Assembly: GCA_964202905.1 (NCBI GenBank)
Contig: CAXNJO010000005.1
Location: 160,001 to 224,000, forward strand
Direction of reading: 5' to 3'
DNA from: Polyangiales bacterium
GTDB lineage: Bacteria > Myxococcota_A > Polyangia > Polyangiales > JADJQN01
Length of the DNA: 64,000 nucleotides
In this document: positions 28,335 to 39,215 of the stretch, one piece after another
Numbering within the stretch: position 1 is the stretch's first letter
Layout of the letters: each line of letters starts with the position of its first letter
Notes under the pieces: model-generated
Databases searched by the model: none
The model's input: the letters and a program-made list of their open reading frames with translations, nothing else
What the model was told of the DNA's origin: nothing
Position numbers and translations under genes: made by a program

Positions 28335-29456
28335 ATGGCGGACGCAGCGGGGGAAGCGGACGCGGGCGCGCCGGGCCCGGCGGACACGGACGCGGCCGAG
28401 GCGGTGTCCTACGCGGGGATCGTCGGGCGCGGCGCGCCGATGCGCGCGCTCTTCCACATGCTCGAGCGTCTGCGCTCGACCACGGCGACCGTGCTCGTCA
28501 CGGGCGAGCACGGCACGGGCAAGGAGCTCGTCGCGCGCGCCGTGCACGCGCAGTCGCGCCGGGCAGCCGGACGCTTCGTCGCGACGAACTGCGGCGCGCT
28601 CAGCGACGCGCTCCTCGAGAGCGAGCTCTTCGGCCACCGTCGCGGTGCCTTCACGGGCGCGATGGCCGACAAGGCCGGGCTCTTCGAGGTCGCGGACGGC
28701 GGCACGTTCTTCCTCGACGAGGTGGGCGACATGTCGCCGGCGATGCAGGTGAAGTTGCTGCGCGTGCTGCAGGAGGGCGTGTTCTTCCCGGTGGGCGCCG
28801 TCGAGCCGCGCCGCGTGGACGTGCGCATCGTCGCCGCGACGAACCGCGACCTCGCCGGGATGGTCGCGCGCGGCACGTTCCGCGAAGACCTCTTCTACCG
28901 GCTGAACGTCGTCGCGCTGCGCGTGCCCGCGCTGCGCGAGCGCACGGAGGACATCCCGCTGCTCATCGCGCACGTCCTCGCGCGCCTCGCCGCGCGCGAC
29001 GGCCGCACCAAGACGTTGTCGCCGCGCGTGCGCGCCGCGCTCCTCGCGCACCCGTGGCCGGGCAACGTCCGCGAGCTGGAGAACGAGCTCGAGCGGCTCT
29101 GGGTGCTCGCGGGCGACGACGCGGTGCTCTCGGACACGCACCTCTCGGCCGCGGTCGCGCGGCGGCCGCCCATCCCCGAACCGCGCGCGGTCGGCAGCAC
29201 GGTGACGGACGCCGCGGGCGTCCCGGCGGAGTTCGCGGGGCTCTCGCTGCCGGCGGCCGTCGCGACGCTCGAGCGGCGCATGATCGCCGCCGCGCTCGCG
29301 CGCACGGGCGGCAACAAGACCCACACGGCCACCGCACTGGGCGTCAGCCGCCGCAACCTCATCCGCAAGGTGCGCGCGCTCGGCCTCGCACCGCACGCCG
29401 ACGATCCGGAGAATACGGAAGATCCGGGAGAAGACGAAAAATCAGGCGATCCGTGA
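28335..29456 (+). CDS. Sigma-54-dependent Fis-family activator lacking an N-terminal sensor domain
   Basis: [46 protein letters not shown] and a C-terminal HTH. Only ~25 residues precede the AAA+ domain. Confidence 0.92.
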   Translation: MADAAGEADAGAPGPADTDAAEAVSYAGIVGRGAPMRALFHMLERLRSTTATVLVTGEHGTGKELVARAVHAQSRRAAGRFVATNCGALSDALLESELFGHRRGAFTGAMADKAGLFEVADGGTFFLDEVGDMSPAMQVKLLRVLQEGVFFPVGAVEPRRVDVRIVAATNRDLAGMVARGTFREDLFYRLNVVALRVPALRERTEDIPLLIAHVLARLAARDGRTKTLSPRVRAALLAHPWPGNVRELENELERLWVLAGDDAVLSDTHLSAAVARRPPIPEPRAVGSTVTDAAGVPAEFAGLSLPAAVATLERRMIAAALARTGGNKTHTATALGVSRRNLIRKVRALGLAPHADDPENTEDPGEDEKSGDP

Positions 29457-29517
29457 CGTGCCGCCCACGTCGCGCCGCGGGCCTCGCGACGGGGCCCCAG
29501 CGCCGGGTGCGCTCCGC

Positions 29518-31633
29518 TCAGGGGCAGGTGCCGCCGAGCCCCTCGGCGAGCGCCGTGACCTCGCTGATCGCGGGGTTGTCGGGCACGAGGCGACAGAAGC
29601 GCTGGTAGGCGGCGAGCGCGTCGCCGATCCGGCCGGAGCGTCGGAAGCAGTCGCCCTGCAATTTCAGCGTGATCGCGGGCGCGCCTGCCGCGAGCGCGCG
29701 CTCGACGAGCGTCGAGCAGGCCTCGGGCTCACCGCGCGCATACGCGCGACGCGCCTCGGCGAGCAGCGAGGCCGGGGTCGCGGGGGGCTCGGCGGCGGGC
29801 GCCGAAGGCAGTGCCTCGGGTGGGGACGCCGACGCGCGCGCAGGTCGTCCTGCCGGCGGGCGCGGAGGCACCGCGCGATCCGCGGAGGCCGAGGCGGCGG
29901 CGGACGCGGGCGGCGGTGGGGCAGGCTGCGACGGGGCAGGCTGCGACGGAGCAGGCAGCGACGGGAGAGCCTGCGTCGGGGCCGGCAGCGACGGGGACGC
30001 GGGCGGCGCCGCGGCGCCCGACGGGGCCTTCGCGGGCATGGGCGGCGCGGGGGCGGGCGGCGCGAAAGCTGGCGCGGGAGCGAGCCCCGGCGCAGAGGCC
30101 GGATGCCCCGAGAGCACGGACGCCGGACGCGCGGGAGCGCGGTGCGCCGAGAGCCAGCCGAGCGCGGCCATCACGGCGATCATCGAGGCCGCGCCGGCGA
30201 GCAGCGCGACGACCAACACGGCGAGACGCACGAGGCCGGGCCCCGCGCGACGCATCCCGGGGATCGCGTCGACCTCGACCTGATCCGGCGACGCGAATCC
30301 GCGCGCCGGACCGGACACGCCAGCATGGTGTCCGGGCCCGACGGCGCTGGCCGCCGACGCCGACCCCGCGCCGCGTGGCGCCGAGGGAGGCGCCCAAGGC
30401 GCGGACGGGCCCGGCGCTGCCTCGCGCGACGCCGCCTCGTGCCCCGCGCGCGGTCCGGCAAGCGGCGCGTCGACCGACCGGGGAGGCGCCGCGATCGGCG
30501 CGACGCGCGCCGCCGCGAAGCCCGAGGCGTGCCCGGCGCGAGCTCCTCCGGCGAGGGCGCCGACGGCGCCGCGGCCGGCGTGCGCGCCGTCGCGCCGAAG
30601 GTCGGGCCCTGCGCGAGCGTCGCGACCGACGCGCGATCCGAGAGGCCCGCGACGCCGAGGGCCTCGGGCGCGGCCTGCATGCTCCGAGCACGGCCGTCGC
30701 CATGCCCGCCCGCGCGCGCGCCGGTTCCGGCCTGCTCGCGCGGCCGACCGCCGCGGTGAACGCATTCGCGAGCTCTTCCGGCGTCGCGTAGCGGGCCTCT
30801 CTCGCGCGCGCCATCGCCCGCACGACGACGCTCTCGACCTCGGGGGGCAGATCCCCGCGCACGCTGCGCAGGGGCGCGAAGCGGCCGTGCAGGATGGACA
30901 CGATGAGGTCGCTCGGCGTCGCCCCGAGGAAAGGCGGCTGCCCCGCGAGCGCCTCGTAGAGGATCACGCCCAGCGCGTACACGTCGACGCGCGCGTCGAG
31001 GTCCTGATCCGCCGCGAGCTGCTCCGGCGCCATGTAGCGTGGCGTGCCGAGCAGCTGGCCCGTCTGCGTGAGGCGCTCGGAGCCGAAGACCTTGGAGATC
31101 CCGAAGTCGAGGAGCTTCACCGTCGGCGCGCCATCACCGGGCGCCCCGGCGAGGAAGATGTTCTCCGGCTTGAGATCGCGGTGCACGACGCCGCGCGCGT
31201 GCGCCGCGGCGAGGGGCGCGCAGACCCCGGCGAGCAGGGGCGCGACATCGCCCGGTTCCATCGCGCCGCAGCGACGCATGTGTGCGCCGAGCGTCTCGCC
31301 CGTGAGCAGCTCCATGGCGAGAAAGAGCGTGTCGTCCTCGAGCGCGCCGAACGTCTCGACGCGCACGATCCCCGGGTGCACGAGCGCCTGCAGCAGCTCC
31401 CCCTCGCGCCGGAACCGGGAGGCGGCCTCCGGGATCGCGCACAAGTCCGCGCGCAGGATCTTCAAGGCGACGGGGCGCGAGGTCGCGAGGTCGGTCGCGC
31501 GGTAGACCGCCGCCATGCCGCCTTCGCCGATCAGCGCCTCGACCCGGAAGCGCCCGGCGACGACGCTCCCCGGCGGCCGCCCCTCGCCACGGGTGCGCTC
31601 GAACGTCGCTGCCTTCGCCATCGGTGCGGCCAT
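29518..31633 (-). CDS. Membrane Ser/Thr protein kinase with C-terminal TPR-like domain (apparent frameshifts ~30683 and ~30526)
   Basis: IGEGGMAAVY, VALK, HRDLKPEN, DFG and GTPRYMAPEQ lie in ORF 29729..31660. The linker lies in ORF 30180..30680, and the TM plus TPR in ORF 29518..30765. Confidence 0.85.
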
Positions 31634-31718
31634 GATCCGCAGTCCGGCTCGCGGCGTCAACGCGCTCCGACGCGGACGCGGACGCGAACGCGGGTCGACG
31701 GCTCACGCCGCCGGGCGC

Positions 31719-32282
31719 TCACCAGAGCCAGAGCGTGACGCAGCGCGTGACCCAGACGGTCAGCGACACGAGCGCGAGCACGAGCGCCCAGCGCTCGACC
31801 GCCAGCCGCTCGAGCACGGGCACGACCGCCCAGCCGCGCGCGAGCCCCAGCAACGCGAGCGGCACGGTCGTCGCGGACACGAGGAAGAGCAGCACGCCGA
31901 ACGCGTTGGCGCGCGCCGCGTCGATGACGTGCCCGTCCGCCATGTTGGCGAACGCCGTCGTGAGCCCGCACCCGGGGCAGGGGTAACCCGTCACGACGAG
32001 GAAGCCGCACGGCGGCAGCCCGAGCTGCGTATGCGTGCCGTGCCCGAGCGGGTTCGGGGTGAGCGCCGCGGCCGTCGCGATCACGGTCCCGGGCAGAAGC
32101 GCGAGAACGAGCCACACGAAGCGCGAGATCCAACCGCCGCGCGGCAGCCCGAAGCGCGCGTCCTGCGGCTCGACGGCGGGCACTGAAAACCGCGCAGCGT
32201 GCGGCGCGGCCCCGGACGCCACGGCGACGTCCGGCAGGTTCGGCGCCTCGACGGGCGCGGGGCGGACGGCGGTCTCGCTCAC
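31719..32282 (-). CDS. DUF2752 family membrane protein
   Basis: GTHTQLGLPPCGFLVVTGYPCPGCGLTTAF motif. GTG start is inferred. Confidence 0.82.
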   Translation of the reverse strand: MSETAVRPAPVEAPNLPDVAVASGAAPHAARFSVPAVEPQDARFGLPRGGWISRFVWLVLALLPGTVIATAAALTPNPLGHGTHTQLGLPPCGFLVVTGYPCPGCGLTTAFANMADGHVIDAARANAFGVLLFLVSATTVPLALLGLARGWAVVPVLERLAVERWALVLALVSLTVWVTRCVTLWLW

Positions 32283-32357
32283 GGGCCGAAGATCGCCACG
32301 AGCCCGCGCGGGCGTCAAGCGTCCGCGGCCGGGCGAGCGCGCTACGCTCGGCCGCGC

Positions 32358-33245
32358 ATGCACGTCCACCTCGTCGACGGCACCTTCGAACTCTTCCGGC
32401 ACTTCTACGCGCCGGGCGCCTCCTCGCGTCGGCGTGGCGGTCCCGCGCGCGAGGCGGGCGCCGCGCTCGGCGTCGCGCGCTCGCTGCTCGCGCTGCTGCG
32501 CGAGCCGGACGTGACGCACGTCGGCGTCGCCTTCGACACCGAGATCGAGTCGTTCCGCAACGCGCTCTTCGCGGGCTACAAGACGGGCGACGGCCTCGAC
32601 CCGGCGCTGCATGCGCAGTTCCCGATCGTCGAGGCGCTCTGCGCGGCGCTCGGCTTCGTCGTGTGGCCCATGCACGAGTTCGAAGCCGACGACGCGCTCG
32701 CGACCATGGCGGCGCGCGCGGTCGCCGATCCGCGGGTCGAGCGCGTCGTGATCTGCTCGCCGGACAAAGACCTCGCGCAGTGCATCCGGGGCGCGCGCGT
32801 CGTGCGGCGCGATCGCGTGCGCGACGTCGTGCTCGACGAGGACGGCGTCCGCGCGAAGTACGGCGTGTCACCGTCCAGCATCCCGGACCTGCTCGCCCTC
32901 GTCGGCGACACGGCCGATGGCATCCCGGGCATCCCGCGCTGGGGCGAGAAGAGCGCCGCGAAGGTGCTCGCGGTCTGGGGCCACGTCGACGCCATCCCCG
33001 ACGACGACACCGCCTGGCGCGTCGCCGTGCGCGGATCCGCCGCCCTCGCTGCGGAGCTCGCCGCGCGCCGCGCAGACGCCCGCCTCTACCGCACGCTCGC
33101 GACGCTCCGCGAGGACGTCCCGCTCGCCGAAGACGTGGACGCGCTCGCCTGGCGCGGCGCCGATCGCGGCGCGCTCACGGCGCTCGCCGCCGAGCTCGGC
33201 GACGCGTCGCTGCCCGGACGCGCACCCCGCTTTCGAGAGACCTAG
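32358..33245 (+). CDS. 5'-3' exonuclease / flap endonuclease (stand-alone)
   Basis: HLVDGT, VAFD, FRN.LF.GYK, EADD, SPDKD and ALVGDTADGIPGIPRWGEKSA. Confidence 0.92.
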   Translation: MHVHLVDGTFELFRHFYAPGASSRRRGGPAREAGAALGVARSLLALLREPDVTHVGVAFDTEIESFRNALFAGYKTGDGLDPALHAQFPIVEALCAALGFVVWPMHEFEADDALATMAARAVADPRVERVVICSPDKDLAQCIRGARVVRRDRVRDVVLDEDGVRAKYGVSPSSIPDLLALVGDTADGIPGIPRWGEKSAAKVLAVWGHVDAIPDDDTAWRVAVRGSAALAAELAARRADARLYRTLATLREDVPLAEDVDALAWRGADRGALTALAAELGDASLPGRAPRFRET

Positions 33246-33363
33246 AAGCCCAACGAATCCAGCAGCTTACGGCATCCGGCGCGGTGATGTAGCGCGCCCT
33301 CGGGGGCGCACCGCCGCGCACACGGCGACGCACGGCACGGCGGCGTCCGAGGCCCACTCGCCC

Positions 33364-34158
33364 TCAGCGGCGCATCGCCGCGCGCACCGCGGCATAGGGC
33401 GCCTCGACCGCGGGCGCGAGGCGCTCAGCGCCGAAGAGGAGCCGGAGCGCGGCCTGCCCGCGCGGGTCGGCTGCGACCCCGAGCAGCGCCGCGAGCGCGC
33501 GCGTGCGCAGCGCCGGGTCGAGGTCGCGCGCGGCGCAGAGGACATCGCTCGGGATGGGATCGGTGGTCATCAACGGGCGCATCGCGACGTCGCTCGCGTC
33601 GTACCAGCCCGCGGACATCGCCCCGCTGTCGGAACGCGTGAGGTCCATGTTGAAGAAGGTCGCGCCGACGTCGACCTCGCCCGCCGCGACCCGGCGCACG
33701 ACCTCCGCGTGGCTCCCGCAGAAGATCTCGGACCCGAAGAAGCGCCCTGGGTCGAGCCCGCGCAGCACGAGCGCCTGCCGCGGGAACAGGTAACCGCTGC
33801 ACGAGTCCGGCCCCACCCATGCGACGCGCGTCCCCCGGAGGTCCTCGACGCGCTTCCACGGCGAGTCCGCGCGCACGAAGAGCGTACCGAAGAAGTGGGG
33901 CCCCGTGCCCCGCACCACCTCCGCGAGCAGCACCGCGAGACCCTCGTCGAGCGCGCGCACCGCGAGCGCGGGCGGCATCCAGGCGAGTTGCGCCGTGCCT
34001 GCGCGCACGCGCGCCTCGAGCGATGGGTAGTCCGCGCACGGCTCCACGCGCACGTCGAGCCCGAGCTGCGCCCCGAGCAACCGACCCAGCTCTGCGCACC
34101 GTTCCCCGACGGCGCGATGGCCCCGCAGCGGGCCCGTCGCAAACACCAGCGTCCCCAC
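33364..34158 (-). CDS. PhnD/phosphate-phosphonate-type substrate-binding protein (no signal peptide seen)
   Basis: DLRGTRVAWVGPDSCSGYLFP, GSHAEVV..V..GEVDVGA and IPSD. Confidence 0.8.
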   Translation of the reverse strand: MGTLVFATGPLRGHRAVGERCAELGRLLGAQLGLDVRVEPCADYPSLEARVRAGTAQLAWMPPALAVRALDEGLAVLLAEVVRGTGPHFFGTLFVRADSPWKRVEDLRGTRVAWVGPDSCSGYLFPRQALVLRGLDPGRFFGSEIFCGSHAEVVRRVAAGEVDVGATFFNMDLTRSDSGAMSAGWYDASDVAMRPLMTTDPIPSDVLCAARDLDPALRTRALAALLGVAADPRGQAALRLLFGAERLAPAVEAPYAAVRAAMRR

Positions 34159-34294
34159 CGGGGCGCAGCGTGTGCGGGCCGCGACGCGCCTGCAAGCCGC
34201 CGCCCGCGTCCACCGCGGCGCGCCCGCCCGCAGAGCGCACCGCCGGTTCCCGTGATTCGCCGAGGCCCGTCCTTCGCCCGATCGGCGAGGTCGC

Positions 34295-35680
34295 TCAGCG
34301 GCGCGGACGCCGACCCGCAGCGCGCGCGAAGGCGACGAGCGCCATCAACCCGGCGAGCGCCCCCGCGAGGCCGCCCGGCGCGCCGCCCGGGCCGCCGACC
34401 GCCGTGCATGCGCAGCCGCCCTCGTTGCTCGGCGGCACCCCGCGCGCGGGCGGCGTCGGCTCGTCCTCGGCGGGCGGCTCATCGCCGCCGGGAGGCGCGG
34501 GCGAGTCGGGCGGCACGCAGCCGCCGTCCACGCAGAGGAAGCCGCCCGGGCAGATGGCCCCGTCGTCCACGGCGCCGTTGCAATCGTCGTCGGTGGCGTT
34601 GCAGGTCTCCCCGCGCGCCATCACGCCGCCCACGCACGCGCCCCACGCGCCGCCGGTGCACGACTGCGTGCCCACGGCGCATCCGCCCACGTCCATGCCA
34701 CAGGGCCGCGACGCGCCGTCCGTGCACTCGCAGCCCGGGTCGACCTCGCCGTCGCAGTCGTCGTCGATCCCGTTGCAGACCTCCATCGCGCCGGGGTTCA
34801 CGGCCGCCGCGGTGTCGTCGCAGTCGACGCGGCCGCCCTCGAGGAGGCCCGGCGTCGCGGGGTTCCAGCCGCAGAGCGAGTAGCCGTCGCCGTCGACGTC
34901 ATAGCCCTCGTCGACCTGCCCATCGCAGTCGTTGTCGAAGCCGTCGCAGACCTCCTCGCTGATCGAGCGGCCGATGTCCGCGAGCGCGAGGCGCAGCTCC
35001 GCGAGGTCGTTGGCCTGCGCGTAGCAGTGGTTCGCTGCCGCCGGATCGCTGAGGGTCACGTCGCAGCCCGGGAGCTCCGTGCCCGCCGCGACCGCGGCGC
35101 GGTTGAGCGTGAGCGGGTCGACCGAGGCGCCGAAGCCGACGATGTGCACCGTGAGGCCGAGCGCGCGCAGGCGCGTGACGGAGTCGACCGGGGAGAAACG
35201 CGTGCTCGGGTCGTAGGGGCTGCACCACTGCCAGCCGTCGGTCACGAGGATGACGTGGTTGGTGCGCGTCGCGTCCTGCAAGCGCGCGTAGCCGCCGATG
35301 ACGTCCAGCGTCTGCGCCATCGGCGTGAAATTGCCCGCGCTCGGGGGCGGCGTGCCGAGGCCGCCGACGATCGTGGCCGCGGGGTTCGCGCCGACGTCGA
35401 TCGAGATGCGCCCGGGCTCACAGCGATCGGGGAACGGGAAGACCTGCAGGCCGAAGTCGATCTGGTCGGCGTAGGCCGTGGCGATCTCGCCGATGGCCAT
35501 CGTCGCGGCCGACCACTTGGTGCCGCCGCCGGGGAGCGTGCCCAGCATGCTCGACGACTTGTCGACGACGAGCAGGACCTGGGGCGCGACGCAGCGGTCT
35601 GCGTGCGCCGTGGCCGCGGGAACGGCGAGCGCGAGGGAAGCGAGCAGGGCGGACGTCGAAGTGAGCCGGGAGGACGACAT
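34295..35680 (-). CDS. vWA-domain surface protein with MopE-like repeats and MYXO-CTERM
   Basis: MIDAS motif DKSSSM, TP, LVTDG and EVC.GIDDDCDG repeats. C-terminus is GGCAC + TM + RRPRR. Confidence 0.88.
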   Translation of the reverse strand: MSSSRLTSTSALLASLALAVPAATAHADRCVAPQVLLVVDKSSSMLGTLPGGGTKWSAATMAIGEIATAYADQIDFGLQVFPFPDRCEPGRISIDVGANPAATIVGGLGTPPPSAGNFTPMAQTLDVIGGYARLQDATRTNHVILVTDGWQWCSPYDPSTRFSPVDSVTRLRALGLTVHIVGFGASVDPLTLNRAAVAAGTELPGCDVTLSDPAAANHCYAQANDLAELRLALADIGRSISEEVCDGFDNDCDGQVDEGYDVDGDGYSLCGWNPATPGLLEGGRVDCDDTAAAVNPGAMEVCNGIDDDCDGEVDPGCECTDGASRPCGMDVGGCAVGTQSCTGGAWGACVGGVMARGETCNATDDDCNGAVDDGAICPGGFLCVDGGCVPPDSPAPPGGDEPPAEDEPTPPARGVPPSNEGGCACTAVGGPGGAPGGLAGALAGLMALVAFARAAGRRPRR

Positions 35681-35908
35681 GGGGGCGGACGATAGCAGGC
35701 CCCGTGCCGCGCTCGCGCGCTCTCTTCGTCGCGCGCGCACCGCGGGAAAGCACGAGGCGGCCCGGGCCCCCGCCGCCGCAGCCGGCCACTCGCGCCGCCA
35801 GCGACCAGGACGCACGCGGCCAGTCGGGTCGCCACCGGCGGCCGAGCGCGCGAAGGGAACTCGCGGAGCGTGGCGGGGCCGTGCTAACTTCGCCGCCGGC
35901 ACGCGAAG

Positions 35909-36746
35909 ATGGCCAAGGGCCCCTCACCCCTGCTCGGATACAACACGAACGTCCGTCACAAGGGGCGCGTGTATCACATCCAGACCGAGGACTCGGGCCT
36001 CGCTCACCCGCACGTCATCACGCACCTCTTCGCGGATGGCGGCCGCATCGTCGCCTCGCGGAAGACCGATTACGCGCAGCACGTCGGCGACGAGGGCTAC
36101 GCGGCGATCGTCAAGCGGCTGATGCAGGAGCAGCACAAGGCGCTCTTCATCGCGCTGCGCGACGGCGTCTACGACCGCGACCTCGAACCGTCCGTCGCGA
36201 GCGTGCCCCCTCCCCCCTGGGCCGCGACGACCGCGAGCGGCAACACCCGCGCCCCGACGGCAGGCGCGTGGCCGCCGAGCCCCTCCGCCCTGCACGCGGC
36301 CGTGACGCAGGAGGCCGCGCCACGCGACACGGCACCGCATGGGACAAGGCCGCTCGCGTCAGCGCCGCATGAAGCAACGCCGCACGAGGCAGCAGCGCGT
36401 GAGGCAGGGATGCACGCCCAGCGCGGTGGCCGCGACCTCGAGGCACTCGAGCGCGCCGCGGCGGCCATCGGCGGCGCCGCGCCGACCGCACGGGACCTCG
36501 ATGCGCTCGAGCGCGCCGCGGCCGCCCTCGGGGGCACGGTGCCCGCACCGCTCGTCGGTGGTGAGCCGCCCGTCGCTGCGGGGCGCTACCAGTCGACGCG
36601 CCCGGCGGTCCGGGCCGAGCGCGTGAGCCCCGCCGCCCGACGACGCGCACGGCGCGCCCGCATTCGGGGGCGATCTGCTCACGGAGCGCTCGCTCGACGA
36701 AGTGATCCTCAGCTACCTCGCCGAGGACCTGGAGCAGGAAGGCTGA
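35909..36746 (+). CDS. Conserved hypothetical protein (apparent frameshift ~36635)
   Basis: N-terminal GYNTNVRHKGRVYHIQTEDSG. A plausible C-terminus, FGGDLLTERSLDEVILSYLAEDLEQEG*, lies in another frame and ends at TGA 36744-36746. Confidence 0.7.
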
Positions 36747-36751
36747 GCGCG

Positions 36752-37396
36752 ATGCGCGCGCCGGACCGGGGCGACGCGCTCGCGGCGGAACGGGAGACGG
36801 CGTCGTCGACGCGCGCCGCGCAGCTCCTCGCGCGGGCCTTCCACGCCGACCCCTTCATCCGCTGGGCGGAGCCCGACGGCGCGCGTCGGCCCCGCACGAT
36901 GGGCGCGGTCTTCGAGGCCGTGATCGCGCAGGGCGCGAAGCACGGCGGCGTGCTCCACGAGCCGGGCGTCGGTGTCGCGGAGTGGACGTCGCCCGCGCAC
37001 CTCGACATCGGCGTGCTCGACGGCCTCGTGCACGGCGTCTGGCGCGTGGCGCTCGCGACGCCGCCCGCCGTGTGGTGGCGCCTCGCGACGCACGACGCGG
37101 CCGCGCTCGATCGCGTACGACCCTTCCTCGGCCCGCGCTCCGTCTACCTCGCGACGCTCGGCGTCGAGCCCGCGGTCGCCGGTCGCGGACACGGCGGGCG
37201 CCTGCTCCGCGCGGCGCTCACGGCGATGCGCGCGCACGGCGAGACGTGCGTGCTGCGCACCGAGCAGCCGAAGAACGTCGCGTTCTACCGGCACGCGGGC
37301 TTCAAGATCGTGGACGAGTCCGTGATCGCGTCGAGCGGCCTGCGCGTGTGGGTCTTCGCGCGCTCGCTCGCCGACCTCGCGCCCGACGCGGCGTGA
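36752..37396 (+). CDS. GNAT family N-acetyltransferase
   Basis: LARAFHADP, YLATLGVEP...GRGHGGRLL and NVAFYRHAGF. Confidence 0.85.
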   Translation: MRAPDRGDALAAERETASSTRAAQLLARAFHADPFIRWAEPDGARRPRTMGAVFEAVIAQGAKHGGVLHEPGVGVAEWTSPAHLDIGVLDGLVHGVWRVALATPPAVWWRLATHDAAALDRVRPFLGPRSVYLATLGVEPAVAGRGHGGRLLRAALTAMRAHGETCVLRTEQPKNVAFYRHAGFKIVDESVIASSGLRVWVFARSLADLAPDAA

Positions 37397-37464
37397 GTCG
37401 CTCTGCCTCCACGCACGACCCGCCTGCACGCTCCGCCTGCGGGACCCGCGCAGTGGTTCAACCA

Positions 37465-38679
37465 CTACGCGCCGAGCGCGGCGATCTCGGTGTCTTCGAA
37501 GCCGGCTTCGCGCAGCACCTCGCGCGTGTGCGCGCCGTGACGCGGGGCCTCGGCGTCCGGTCCCGGCGCGGAGCCCGCGCCGAGCGGCGTGCGCGGCACG
37601 TCGAGCGTCGCGCCGTCCGCGAGGGTCACGCGCGAGAAGACGCCGCGGGCGCGGTGCTGCGGGTCGTCGGGGAGCTCCTCGGGGTCGAGCACGGGCTCGA
37701 GGCAGCAGTCGTGCGCCTCGGCGAACTCGGCCCACTCCGCGCGCGTCCGCGACGCGATGATCTCGGCGACCTTGCGCTTGCACTCCGCCTGATGCGGCCC
37801 GGGCGCGAGCGCCTCGAGGTCGAAGGGCAGGCCGACGCCCCGGCAGAACGTGCCCCAGAACTTCGGCTCGAGCGCGCCGAGCGCCACGGCCCGGCCGTCG
37901 CGCGTGCGGTAGGTGTTGTACGGCGCGATGCCGCCGCCGAGGACGTCCGCGCCCGCGACGGCGCCCATCCCGCCGAAGCGCGACATCATCCCGAACAACC
38001 CGAACGAGAGCGCGCCCTCGCACATGCTCACGTCGACGAAGCGCCCGCGCCCCGTCACGCCGCGCGCCATCAGCGCCGCGAGGATGCCCGCGACCGCGAA
38101 GAGCGCGCCGCCTCCGACGTCCGCGACCTGCATCCCGGGCAGCTGCGGCGCCGCGCCCTCGGGGCCCGTCATGCCGAGCACGCCGGCGCGCGCGAGGTAA
38201 TCGACGTCGTGCCCCGCGCGCTGCGCGAGCGGGCCCGTCTGCCCGTAGCCCGTGATCGCGCAGAAGACGAGGCGCGGGTTGGCCGCGGAGAGCGCGGCGT
38301 GACCGAGCCCGAGCCGATCGAGCACCCCCGGGCGGAAGCTCTCGACGACCACGTCGTAGCGGTCCGCGAGGCGCAGGAGCGCGGCCCGCGCCGCGGGCTG
38401 CTTCAAGTCGAGGACGACGCTGCGCTTGCCGCGGTTGAGCGCGTGGAACACCGCGTTCATGCCGCCGATCTGTGGCGGCATGAGCCGGAGGTAGTCGCCG
38501 CCGCCGGGGTCCTCGATCTTGTCGACCTGCGCCCCCAGCTCCGCGAGCATGCTCGTCGCGAGGGGGCCGGGCAGGAGCCGCGAGAGATCGAGGACCCGGA
38601 TCCCCGCGAGCGGGCGCGGGTCAGCACCGGGGCCGCCTGCGCCGCGCGCGTCGGGGGCGCCGGCAGCGACGTCGCTCAA
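37465..38679 (-). CDS. CaiB/BaiF family CoA-transferase (AMACR-like)
   Basis: LAGIRVLDLSRLLPGP, NRGKRSVVLDLK, ESFRPGVLDRLG and AGHDVDYLA. The TTG start overlaps the upstream stop. Confidence 0.92.
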   Translation of the reverse strand: MSDVAAGAPDARGAGGPGADPRPLAGIRVLDLSRLLPGPLATSMLAELGAQVDKIEDPGGGDYLRLMPPQIGGMNAVFHALNRGKRSVVLDLKQPAARAALLRLADRYDVVVESFRPGVLDRLGLGHAALSAANPRLVFCAITGYGQTGPLAQRAGHDVDYLARAGVLGMTGPEGAAPQLPGMQVADVGGGALFAVAGILAALMARGVTGRGRFVDVSMCEGALSFGLFGMMSRFGGMGAVAGADVLGGGIAPYNTYRTRDGRAVALGALEPKFWGTFCRGVGLPFDLEALAPGPHQAECKRKVAEIIASRTRAEWAEFAEAHDCCLEPVLDPEELPDDPQHRARGVFSRVTLADGATLDVPRTPLGAGSAPGPDAEAPRHGAHTREVLREAGFEDTEIAALGA

Positions 38680-38999
38680 GCGAGGATCTGCTGGAGCTTG
38701 GTCGCGAGCATCGCGTTGCCCGAGACCTTCAGCTTGCCCTGGAAGTAGAGCTGCATCGCCGCGCCGGGGTTCTCGCTCATCGTCTTCCAGTCGGCGTCGG
38801 TGAGCTCGAGCGTGCAGTCCGCAGCCCCACCCTCGCCCACGGTCACGCCCACGTTCTCCTTGAGATCGACGAACCACGTCCCGCCGTCGTCGCCGCTGAT
38901 CTTGAAGAGGAACGTCGCGCCGATGGCCTTCGCCTTGTCGGGGTTCGCGCTGATCTTGGCGGGGATGTTGGTCGTGAAGTCGGTCTTGGCGTCGGGCAT
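38676..38999 (-). CDS. SCP2 sterol/lipid-binding domain protein
   Basis: FKISGDDGGTW and AMQLYFQGKLKVSGNAMLATKL. Confidence 0.9.
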   Translation of the reverse strand: MPDAKTDFTTNIPAKISANPDKAKAIGATFLFKISGDDGGTWFVDLKENVGVTVGEGGAADCTLELTDADWKTMSENPGAAMQLYFQGKLKVSGNAMLATKLQQILA

Positions 39000-39215
39000 G
39001 GTCGGTCCTCCGTGGGGGTCACTGAATGGCGATTCAGCGCGACGGAACTAGCACCGGCCCGGCGCGGGCGTCAAGGCTGCGCGGTGCCCCACGGGGCCGC
39101 GCGCGCAAGGCGATCCGCGTGATCCGCGGCGCCCCGCGCGCACCCGCGACGCAGGCCGATCCGCGGGCCAGTTCGTCGCGCGTGGAGGCCGCGTAGTCCG
39201 CGCAGATCGGCGACG

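Noticed and set aside
35909..37396. 495-aa fusion of hypothetical domain to GNAT
   Set aside because: A frameshift at ~36635 hides a natural C-terminus and stop at 36746. GNAT has its own ATG at 36752.
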